Below are positions 1 to 7,002 of a DNA stretch of 64,000 nt, piece by piece. Numbering within the stretch: the first letter of the stretch is position 1; each line of letters begins with the position of its first letter. The notes under the pieces are model-generated. The model was not told the origin of the DNA and made no database searches. It worked only from the letters and a program-made list of their open reading frames with translations. A program made the translations under genes and the position numbers. The stretch comes from an uncultured Bacilli bacterium. Its GTDB lineage: Bacteria > Bacillota_I > Bacilli_A > RF39 > UBA660. Location of the stretch: contig CANQBI010000002.1 in assembly GCA_947589435.1 (NCBI GenBank), positions 886-64,885 on the forward strand, in the 5' to 3' direction.

Positions 1-1
1 G

Positions 2-1738
2 GCTAATTACGAAAAAAGAGCCATTAATTTAATTAAAGATATTAAATTAGAAATAAAATATTTAAAACTAGAAGAAAAAATTGAAAATCGTGTCGAGATG
101 CGGCTTTCTAAAGAACAAGAAGAATATTATTTAAAAGAAAAACTAAAAGAAATTGAAAGTGTTTTAGGAATTAAAGATGAAAATGAAAACGTTAGAGTTT
201 ATTATGATCGATTAAATGAATTAACTTTAGAGAAGAAGACGAAAGAAAAATTAGAAGGGGAAATTAAAAAATTAGAAAGAATGAGTACCTCTTCTCCGGA
301 AAAAGCTTCTTTACAAAGCTATTTAGATTGGGTTTTATATTTACCTTGGAATATTAGTAGTAAAGAAAATCTAAATGCTAAAAAAGTAATGAGTTCTTTA
401 AATAAAAGTCATTATGGTTTAACCAAAATTAAAAATAGAGTAATTGATTATTTAAATGTGAAGAATTTAAATAATGATATTCCGAGTCCCATCATTTGTT
501 TAGTAGGGCCTCCCGGAGTTGGTAAAACAACGATTACTAAAAGTATTGCCTCATCTTTAAACCGGGAATTTTATAAAATAAGTGTGGGAGGTTTAAATGA
601 CTCAACCGAACTTATTGGTTCTAGAAGAACTTATCTTGGGGCTTTACCTGGTAAAATAATCGAAGCTTTAAAAAAATGTAATACTAATAATCCGGTTATT
701 TTAATTGACGAAGTTGATAAAATGGTTAAAGATTTTAAGGGTGACCCCGCAAGTACCTTACTTGATATTCTAGATAGTACCCAAAATAAATATTTTACTG
801 ATTATTATATTGAAGAACCATTTGATTTAAGTAAAGTAATGTTTGTTTTAACAGCCAATGAAATAAGTAATATTCCTTATACTTTAATTGACCGTTTAGA
901 GGTTATTGAACTATCTAGTTATAATGTTTATGAAAAATTAGATATTGCTAAAAAATATTTATTACCAAGTATTTATAATGAATTTAATTTAACCAAAAAA
1001 TTAGTTATTAAAGATGATACTTTAATGTATTTAATTAATAATTATACGAGAGAATCAGGAGTTAGAAACTTAAAAAGAGTATTAAGAACTTTAGTTACGA
1101 AAGTCGTATCTAGTAAATCATCTTATACGATAACGACAAAATCTTTAAGTAAATACTTAGAAGACTTAAAAGAAGAAGTAAATATTAATATTACTTATCC
1201 GGGAGTAGTTAATGCTCTTGCTTATACTCCTCTTGGTGGTATAACCTTTAAAGTAGAATGTAGTATTTATGAAGGTAAAGAAGAAATTATTGTAACGGGT
1301 TCTTTGGGAGATGTTTTAAAAGAAAGTGTGATGGTAGGACTTTCTTACTTAAAAGAAAATAATTTAATTTCGAAAGATGACGTTAAAGATAAAACAATTC
1401 ATTTGCATTTCTTAGATGCCTCCACTAAAAAAGAAGGACCTTCTTGTGGAGTATCAATTATTACCGCTATTTTATCGAAAATTAAAAATGTTATAATTGA
1501 TAGTAAAACAACATTTACGGGGGAAATTTCTCTAAAAGGAGACATTTTAAAAGTGGGGGGCATTAAAGAAAAAATTATCGCCGCTTATAATGCCGGGATT
1601 AAAACAATTTATATACCTTTAGATAATGCGAGCGACTTAAAAGAAATCCCTAAAAAGATCCTTGATAAGTTAGAAATTAAAAAGGTCAGTAAATATAGTG
1701 ATATATATAAAGAAATATTTAAAAATAATATAGCGTAA
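2..1738 (+). CDS. lon: Lon protease (LonA type), 5' end cut by window edge
   Basis: The frame is open from nt 2 with no stop before the first ATG at 98. Motifs seen: Walker A GPPGVGKTT, sensor RESGVRNL, protease Ser motif KKEGPSCG and Lys motif GGIKEKIIAA. Confidence 0.9.
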   Translation, partial: ANYEKRAINLIKDIKLEIKYLKLEEKIENRVEMRLSKEQEEYYLKEKLKEIESVLGIKDENENVRVYYDRLNELTLEKKTKEKLEGEIKKLERMSTSSPEKASLQSYLDWVLYLPWNISSKENLNAKKVMSSLNKSHYGLTKIKNRVIDYLNVKNLNNDIPSPIICLVGPPGVGKTTITKSIASSLNREFYKISVGGLNDSTELIGSRRTYLGALPGKIIEALKKCNTNNPVILIDEVDKMVKDFKGDPASTLLDILDSTQNKYFTDYYIEEPFDLSKVMFVLTANEISNIPYTLIDRLEVIELSSYNVYEKLDIAKKYLLPSIYNEFNLTKKLVIKDDTLMYLINNYTRESGVRNLKRVLRTLVTKVVSSKSSYTITTKSLSKYLEDLKEEVNINITYPGVVNALAYTPLGGITFKVECSIYEGKEEIIVTGSLGDVLKESVMVGLSYLKENNLISKDDVKDKTIHLHFLDASTKKEGPSCGVSIITAILSKIKNVIIDSKTTFTGEISLKGDILKVGGIKEKIIAAYNAGIKTIYIPLDNASDLKEIPKKILDKLEIKKVSKYSDIYKEIFKNNIA

Positions 1739-1786
1739 AGTTATATTATTTTTTTTCTATCATAGTATTTTCTAGGAGATGATAAT

Positions 1787-2428
1787 ATGTTTGTTAAAAT
1801 ACCTTTTGAGAGTGTAATTCCTTTTAAAACACCGATATATGAAATAACCAAAATGTCTTTAGAACATGATTTTAATGTCAATGATGGCGTTGTTTTAGGT
1901 AATTTTTATGTAACTGGAGAATATCGTAGCCATGAAGTAAGTGTGAATAGTGAAAACTTTAAATATACGCTTCCTTTTACGGTTGAACTTAATAATCGCA
2001 TTAAAACTGATACTTTAGAATTTAATATTGAAGACTTTTCTTATGATGTTTTAGAGGGTAATAAGCTAAAAGTTAATATTGAATATTCCCTTGAAGCGGA
2101 AGGCGAAGAAGAAAGAGAAGAATTATTTGAAGAAGTTAAAGATGATGATTTAAAAGAAGAAATGAGCATTTTAGAAGAAAAAGAAGAGGTAAAAGAAGAT
2201 AGTGAAGAAGAAAGAATAAGTCCAGAAGAAGAAAAAACCATTATGGAATCAGTTCCTTTAGATGATGATACCTATGTTACTTATCACATCCATATTGTAA
2301 AAGAAAGTGAAACTTACGAAACCATTAGTACCTTATATAATGTTCCATCATCCTTAATAAAAGAATACAATAACTTAGATGAACTTGCTACCGGTGATAA
2401 AGTCTTAATTCCAAAATGTGATGAATAA
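1787..2428 (+). CDS. SpoVID/SipL-like spore-coat morphogenetic protein (N-terminal SpoVID-type domain, acidic linker, C-terminal LysM)
   Basis: The N-terminus has the pattern F..V.PF...I.EI..MSL....V.D.VVLGNFYVTGEY, which resembles the SpoVID N-domain. An E/K-rich linker follows. The C-terminal YHIHIVKESETYETISTLYNV...GDKVLIP is a LysM motif. The RBS is AGGAGA. Confidence 0.5.
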   Translation: MFVKIPFESVIPFKTPIYEITKMSLEHDFNVNDGVVLGNFYVTGEYRSHEVSVNSENFKYTLPFTVELNNRIKTDTLEFNIEDFSYDVLEGNKLKVNIEYSLEAEGEEEREELFEEVKDDDLKEEMSILEEKEEVKEDSEEERISPEEEKTIMESVPLDDDTYVTYHIHIVKESETYETISTLYNVPSSLIKEYNNLDELATGDKVLIPKCDE

Positions 2429-3317
2429 TTTAGATCATTTAAAAAGTATTTATAAACCTTATCGCTATACCATTAGAGGTAAATGTATGGTTATGGAAAG
2501 CACCAGTGGCAACTTTGTCGTTAAAGAAAGACCTAAAAATAAAGATATTCCGAGTATCTTTAATTATTTAAAAAGTCGTAATTTTAATTATTTTCCCGAA
2601 ATATATATCGATAGTCGAAGTGATAATTACATTTATGAATATATTGAAGATAAAGAAAAAATAAATCCCCAAAAAAGTGAAGATTTAATCTCTTTAGTGG
2701 GGCTTTTACATTCCAAAACCTCTTATAATAAGGAAGTAGAAGAAGAAACTTATAAAGAAATCTATGAAAATATTTTAAGTAATATCCTTTATTTAAAAGA
2801 TTATTATCAAAAACAATATGAAATGTTTTTAATTCCTATTTATATGAGTCCTTCCGAATATGAATTTGTAAGAAACTATTCCAAGATTAAAGCCGCTTTA
2901 GATTTTTCTAATTCTAATTTAGATGATTGGTATAGTAAAGTTAAAAATAAAAGAAGAGAAAGACTTTCTCTAATTCATAATAATTTAAGTATGGATCATT
3001 ATCTTAAAAGTGATAAAGATTACTTAATTAGTTGGGATAATGCTAAATTTGACACTCCTGTCTTAGATTTGTTTAAGTTTTATGAAAGAAGTGCCATTGA
3101 TTTAGAATTTTCTTCTCTTTATGAAAGATATAAAAGTATTAATCCTTTAAATAAAGAGGAAGAAGAACTATTCTTTATCTTAATTAGTTTAGTTCCCAAA
3201 ATAGAATTTAGGGGTAGTGAGTTTGAAAAATGTAAAAATATGCGAAAGGCTCTCGATTATGTTTATAAAACTGAAGAGTTTTTAAAACCATACTATGCGA
3301 CTGATAGCGAAGAATAA
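2418..3317 (+). CDS. CotS/YsxE-like spore-coat kinase-fold protein (aminoglycoside-phosphotransferase-like)
   Basis: The motif LIHNNLSMDHYL...YLISWDNAKFDTPVLDL resembles the HGDxxxxN / DWxxA kinase-like core of the CotS family. It overlaps the upstream gene by 11 nt. B. subtilis ysxE-spoVID are also neighbours. Confidence 0.45.
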   Translation: MMNNLDHLKSIYKPYRYTIRGKCMVMESTSGNFVVKERPKNKDIPSIFNYLKSRNFNYFPEIYIDSRSDNYIYEYIEDKEKINPQKSEDLISLVGLLHSKTSYNKEVEEETYKEIYENILSNILYLKDYYQKQYEMFLIPIYMSPSEYEFVRNYSKIKAALDFSNSNLDDWYSKVKNKRRERLSLIHNNLSMDHYLKSDKDYLISWDNAKFDTPVLDLFKFYERSAIDLEFSSLYERYKSINPLNKEEEELFFILISLVPKIEFRGSEFEKCKNMRKALDYVYKTEEFLKPYYATDSEE

Positions 3318-3455
3318 GAAGAATATTTCAAGGGTTAAGATAAAAATATTGTATCTAAAAGGTAAAATAAACGTAATAATTAATTGATAAAATATTAAAA
3401 TACATAAGCCTAAAGCTAAAAGAATATAGAAAGTGGGATTAGGTCTTGGTCTCAT
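3282..3455 (-). CDS. possible 57-aa hydrophobic peptide, convergently overlapping the end of the previous gene
   Basis: An ATG at 3455 is preceded by AGGTGA with 5-nt spacing. The product MRPRPNPTFYILLALGLCILIFYQLIITFILPF... has two hydrophobic stretches. It is below the length cut-off of the ORF track. Confidence 0.25.
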   Translation of the reverse strand: MRPRPNPTFYILLALGLCILIFYQLIITFILPFRYNIFILTLEIFFLFFAISRIVWF

Positions 3456-3497
3456 TATATCACCTAATATATTATATTTATCTTATATTTTTTAGTG

Positions 3498-3524
3498 AAA
3501 CATCCAAATAGAGGATGTTTTTTC
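3498..3524 (+). terminator. rho-independent terminator
   Basis: The stem AAACATCC / GGATGTTT is followed by a T run. Confidence 0.6.
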
Positions 3525-3592
3525 TATTTAGTAATTATTTAAAATATTAGTAATATAATATAAGGAAATTATATCTTTTTTTGTAAATAAGC

Positions 3593-3635
3593 GATATTTG
3601 TCAAAAATTAGTAAAAATATATCTTGACAAATATC
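3593..3635. repeat. perfect 12-bp inverted repeat GATATTTGTCAA / TTGACAAATATC, 19-bp spacer
   Basis: The arms lie at 3593-3604 and 3624-3635. The right arm contains the -35 hexamer of the surface-protein promoter. Confidence 0.85.
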
Positions 3636-3654
3636 ATACGGGGGGGGGTATAAT
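3624..3654 (+). promoter_or_regulatory. sigma-A-type promoter with a G9 tract in the spacer
   Basis: TTGACA (3624-3629), then a 19-nt spacer ending in G9, then TATAAT (3649-3654). An AAGAGGA RBS and the ATG at 3683 follow. Confidence 0.7.
3640..3648. repeat. G9 homopolymer tract
   Basis: The sequence reads atacGGGGGGGGGtataat. It is one of only two G/C runs of 7 or more that I saw in the window. Confidence 0.95.
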
Positions 3655-3682
3655 TAGGACATAGAAAGGAAAGAGGAAAAAA

Positions 3683-5092
3683 ATGAAAAATTTAAAAATG
3701 TTTGCAATTGCTGTTATGGCATTCGCTGTAATGGCTATGGGTGTTCATGCTGATAATGTCGCAAGATATACTGATAAAGACGGTTATAAACATGAATTTA
3801 CTACTTTAACACAAGCTTTAGCAGATGTTAAAGATTCTGAAGAAAATGTAACTGTAACTGTTTTAAAAGATATTACTAATGAAACATTTACTGCCGTTAC
3901 AATCAGCGGTAAAGTTACACTTGATTTAGATGGACACAAGGTTTCTTTAACTGGTGGAAATATTAAAGTTGAGAAAGGTACTTTAGTAGTTACTGGTAAA
4001 GAAGGAAGTACAATTTATAGAACTGGAAATACTGGAGGGACTTTATTTGTTGTTCTAGGAAGAAGTTCTCATTTAACTGTTGATACAAATGTAACAGTTG
4101 GATCAAAAGATTCAACAGATACTGCTGTTGGATTATTTAGTGACAAGGGCGCTGCACAATTAGGAAGTGCTGTTAATGCTACAATTGATATTAAAGGAAC
4201 TTTATTATCTAAATCAGGATTTGCTTTCAGTGTTGAAGGATGTGTTGAAGAAGCAGAAAAAAATCCTGCTAAAGTTACAATCTATGATGGAGCAAAATTA
4301 GTTAGTAAAGAAGGCATGGCTTTATATCAAGCTGGTTATGCTATAACAACTATTGGAAAGGCTACAATTGAAGGAGATAGTGGTGTTGGCGCTAAAGCTG
4401 GTTCTATTACATTTAATGGAACTACTGTTACTGCTAAAGGTGAACACGTTGATGAAGCAGGAGATATGAATGGCGGAATCAATGCTGTTGGTGCTGCTAT
4501 TCAAGTAGAAAGTAGTGAAGAAGGAACAACATATGCAAGTCCAGCAACTATTACATTAAATGGTGGTACTTATACATCTGAAAAAACAAATGCAATAGTA
4601 ATTAACAACTGGAGTAAGACAAAAACTGCCTTAGATGAAAAATCAGTTATTGATGGTGGAGCTGTATTAAATAGTGCTGAAGATGAAGATGGTGAACCAT
4701 TACCTGGTATTGCTATTACTGCTGCTGAAAAAGATATAGCTGAAAAATTATTAACAAATCTTGAAGGCTTTGTTAAAGATGCAGAATTTAATGGTGCTAT
4801 TGTTGGAGATTTACTTGTTGGTGATAACACTAAAGATGCTAGTGCTATTCAAGCTACTTTAACAAAAGGTTCTAATGTTAACACTGATGATGAAGGTAAT
4901 ACTACTGTTGGTGGTAATACTGAAGGACAACAACCAGGAACTACAGAACCAGGAACAACTGGTGATGGAAATCAAGGTGGAACAGAAAACGTTAAAAATC
5001 CAGAAACTAATGATAATATCTTAGTATATGCTGGTCTAGGACTAGTAAGTCTTGCCTCTGTTGCTTTTACAGCAAAGAAAAGAGAAGACTAA
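3683..5092 (+). CDS. cell-surface protein with signal peptide and C-terminal sortase-type sorting signal (NPETN + TM + KKRED)
   Basis: The N-terminal signal MKNLKMFAIAVMAFAVMAMGVHA is followed by a Gly/Thr/Val-rich repetitive beta-strand-like body. The C-terminus is NPETNDNILVYAGLGLVSLASVAFTAKKRED. Confidence 0.75.
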   Translation: MKNLKMFAIAVMAFAVMAMGVHADNVARYTDKDGYKHEFTTLTQALADVKDSEENVTVTVLKDITNETFTAVTISGKVTLDLDGHKVSLTGGNIKVEKGTLVVTGKEGSTIYRTGNTGGTLFVVLGRSSHLTVDTNVTVGSKDSTDTAVGLFSDKGAAQLGSAVNATIDIKGTLLSKSGFAFSVEGCVEEAEKNPAKVTIYDGAKLVSKEGMALYQAGYAITTIGKATIEGDSGVGAKAGSITFNGTTVTAKGEHVDEAGDMNGGINAVGAAIQVESSEEGTTYASPATITLNGGTYTSEKTNAIVINNWSKTKTALDEKSVIDGGAVLNSAEDEDGEPLPGIAITAAEKDIAEKLLTNLEGFVKDAEFNGAIVGDLLVGDNTKDASAIQATLTKGSNVNTDDEGNTTVGGNTEGQQPGTTEPGTTGDGNQGGTENVKNPETNDNILVYAGLGLVSLASVAFTAKKRED

Positions 5093-5235
5093 TTAAATAA
5101 GTTACCTAATTTTGTTAAATAAATTGTTTAAATAGAAATTTAGGGACTCGCAAACACCCTAAAATTCATTCTCACAAACCTTTCCACATAACTTGTGGTA
5201 ATTGTAAAACAATTATTAACAAATTGGTATAAATG

Positions 5236-5265
5236 AAACATACTATTTCGGTAGTATGTTTTTTT
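5236..5265 (+). terminator. rho-independent terminator
   Basis: The stem AAACATACTA / TAGTATGTTT is followed by a T run. Confidence 0.7.
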
Positions 5266-5330
5266 GAACAGCTTGATAAAGTATCGAATTTGATATATAA
5301 TATTGTTGCGATATGTAAAGGTGGTCTAAA

Positions 5331-5510
5331 ATGAATTGGTTAAAGAAAATATTTGGTATTAAGAAAAATGTAGAGTATGAAAGTGAAGCTGACTTAGAAC
5401 GAGTGAAATGGACTAGAAAAGATTCAAGTCAAGTAGATAAAGATATGCCTAAATGGCTAGTTAAATTTTTTGAAGAAAATGAAAATGAAGAAAGAAATAG
5501 CAAAATTTAA
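5331..5510 (+). CDS. hypothetical 59-aa protein
   Basis: It has its own promoter (TTGATA 5273-5278, 17-nt spacer, TATAAT 5296-5301) and an AAAGGTGG RBS. A hairpin plus T run at about 5492-5533 follows the stop. No recognisable motif. Confidence 0.4.
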   Translation: MNWLKKIFGIKKNVEYESEADLERVKWTRKDSSQVDKDMPKWLVKFFEENENEERNSKI

Positions 5511-5569
5511 AATTTAAAACTATTTCTTTTTTTAATGGGCGTTTTTTAATCAAAAAATAAATTAAATAT

Positions 5570-5600
5570 AACTTGAGGTGCCAGTTTGGCACCTCAAGTT
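5570..5600. repeat. palindrome/hairpin 1: AACTTGAGGTGCCA gtt TGGCACCTCAAGTT (14-bp arms)
   Basis: The arms are perfect complements and there is no adjacent T run. Confidence 0.9.
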
Positions 5601-5719
5601 AAGAAAAATAATTTTATAGTTCAAAATATTTTCAAGTTCCTAAGTTGGGACCTTAGAAATTATACATATAAATTGGAATTAACAATAATAATGTTTTTGC
5701 GTTTATTAACAAATATATT

Positions 5720-5746
5720 TTTAAGGTCGCAAATTGCGACCTTAAA
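5720..5746. repeat. palindrome/hairpin 2: TTTAAGGTCGCAA a TTGCGACCTTAAA (13-bp arms)
   Basis: Perfect inverted repeat. Confidence 0.9.
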
Positions 5747-5778
5747 GAAGTAATAGTAGTCAATATATTTAAATTGAT

Positions 5779-5805
5779 TTTTCGGTTTCATATTGAAACC
5801 AAAAA
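5779..5805. repeat. palindrome/hairpin 3: TTTTcGGTTTCA tat TGAAACCaAAAA
   Basis: A 7-bp core is extended by 4 A-T pairs across one mismatch. Confidence 0.7.
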
Positions 5806-5870
5806 CATAAAATCATCAGTGTATTATAAAATTAGTTATATAAATTCTTTCTTTAAGTTAGAATTTGTTT

Positions 5871-5897
5871 TTTGTGGTCGCAATTTGCGACCACAAA
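5871..5897. repeat. palindrome/hairpin 4: TTTGTGGTCGCAA t TTGCGACCACAAA (13-bp arms)
   Basis: Perfect inverted repeat. Confidence 0.9.
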
Positions 5898-5939
5898 TAA
5901 TAAATTAAAATGCAAATTACAAAAATGTTACAAAAGTTC

Positions 5940-5968
5940 TTGACAAATATTAGTTCGCACAATATACT
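5940..5968 (+). promoter_or_regulatory. promoter of the ORF6N gene
   Basis: TTGACA, a 17-nt spacer, then TATACT. The extended -35 string CTTGACAAATAT is identical to that of the promoter at 3623. Confidence 0.55.
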
Positions 5969-6007
5969 TGATATAAAGTTGTAAGCATAGAGAGGAGATT
6001 AACAATA

Positions 6008-6916
6008 GTGAATAACTTAATAGTAAGTGAAAATGAAATAACAAATAAAATTTATAATATCAGAGGAGTTCAAGTAATGCTTGATAGTGATTTGGCAGAA
6101 CTATATCAATGTAAGAATGGAACTAAAGAAGTTAATCAAGCTGTAAAAAGAAATATAGATAAATTTCCAGAAGATTTTTATTTTCAATTAACTAAAGAAG
6201 AATATAATAATATTTCAAGGTCACATTTTGTGACCTTGAAGAAAGAAAATAAAAGGGGTTATAATCTTAAATATTTGCCTTATGTTTTTACTGAAGGTGG
6301 TGTAGCTATGCTTGCTACAATATTGAAAACTGAAGTTGCATCAAAGGTTAGTGTAGCTATAATGAAGGCTTTTGTTATAATGCATAAATATATATCTAAT
6401 AATTTACTTGAACAAAAATATATAAATAATCAGGTATTTAAAAATACAGAAGATATAAAAGTATTAAAAGAGTCTTTTGACAGTTTTAAAGAAACAAAAA
6501 AAGTAAATGAAATATATTATGATGGACAAATATGGGATGCTTATTCTAAAATACAAGATATATTTAAACTTGCTAAAAACAAATTAATTATAATAGATGG
6601 TTATGCAGATAATAGTGTCTTAGATATTATAAAAAGGTTAGATAATATAGAAGTAGTAATAATAACTAAACCAAATAATTTATTAACTAAACAAGACATA
6701 GAGAAATATAATAAACAATATCATAATTTAAAAGTAATATTTAATAATAGTTTTCATGATAGATATTTTATATTAGATGATAAGACCATCTATCACTGTG
6801 GTTCTTCCATAAATAGAATTGGTTATAAAACGTTCAGTATAAATCTAATTAATGATAAAGAAATAACAGATTATTTCTTAGGAAAAGTAAAAAATGTAAT
6901 AAAAAATAAAAATTAG
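6008..6916 (+). CDS. ORF6N-domain DNA-binding protein fused to a PLD-like (HxK-type, K replaced by R) C-terminal domain
   Basis: The N-terminus IRGVQVMLDSDLAELY...VKRNIDKFPEDFYFQLTKEE...LKYLPYVFTEGGVAMLATIL is a typical ORF6N domain. The C-terminal HDRYFILDDKTIYHCGSSIN fits HxKxxxxD(x6)GSxN with K changed to R. GTG start with GAGAGGAG RBS. Confidence 0.7.
   Translation: MNNLIVSENEITNKIYNIRGVQVMLDSDLAELYQCKNGTKEVNQAVKRNIDKFPEDFYFQLTKEEYNNISRSHFVTLKKENKRGYNLKYLPYVFTEGGVAMLATILKTEVASKVSVAIMKAFVIMHKYISNNLLEQKYINNQVFKNTEDIKVLKESFDSFKETKKVNEIYYDGQIWDAYSKIQDIFKLAKNKLIIIDGYADNSVLDIIKRLDNIEVVIITKPNNLLTKQDIEKYNKQYHNLKVIFNNSFHDRYFILDDKTIYHCGSSINRIGYKTFSINLINDKEITDYFLGKVKNVIKNKN
6214..6240. repeat. palindrome/hairpin 5, inside the ORF6N coding sequence: TTCAAGGTCACA ttt TGTGACCTTGAA
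   Basis: Perfect 12-bp arms. It encodes the conserved SRSHFVTLK stretch of the ORF6N domain. Confidence 0.9.
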
Positions 6917-6940
6917 CACTCATATATTGACAAGTGCTAA
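6913..6940. promoter_or_regulatory. CIRCE element 1 (HrcA operator)
   Basis: TTAGCACT ... AGTGCTAA are perfect 8-mers. The spacing is one nt longer than the consensus TTAGCACTC-N9-GAGTGCTAA. It overlaps the -35 hexamer. Confidence 0.8.
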
Positions 6941-6955
6941 ATATAATATTATAAT
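6927..6955 (+). promoter_or_regulatory. promoter of the hrcA-grpE-dnaK operon
   Basis: TTGACA (6927-6932), 17-nt spacer, TATAAT (6950-6955). Confidence 0.75.
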
Positions 6956-6959
6956 AGGA

Positions 6960-6986
6960 TTAGCAATTCTGGAATGGGACTGCTAA
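6960..6986. promoter_or_regulatory. CIRCE element 2
   Basis: TTAGCAAT-N11-ACTGCTAA has the canonical spacing and one mismatch per arm. It lies between the -10 hexamer and the RBS. Confidence 0.7.
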
Positions 6987-7002
6987 AAAGGTGGTGATGA
7001 AG

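Noticed and set aside
1555-1560. A G6 run in lon considered as a third phase-variable tract.
   Set aside because: It encodes the conserved Gly-Gly of the Lon motif KVGGIKEK, is shorter, and lies in an essential-type housekeeping gene.
5570-5897. The hairpin cluster considered as a CRISPR array or a string of terminators.
   Set aside because: The repeats are not identical to one another. Spacing is irregular, with gaps of about 119, 32 and 65 bp. No cas genes are present. None of the hairpins is followed by a T run on either strand in a context where a gene would need terminating.
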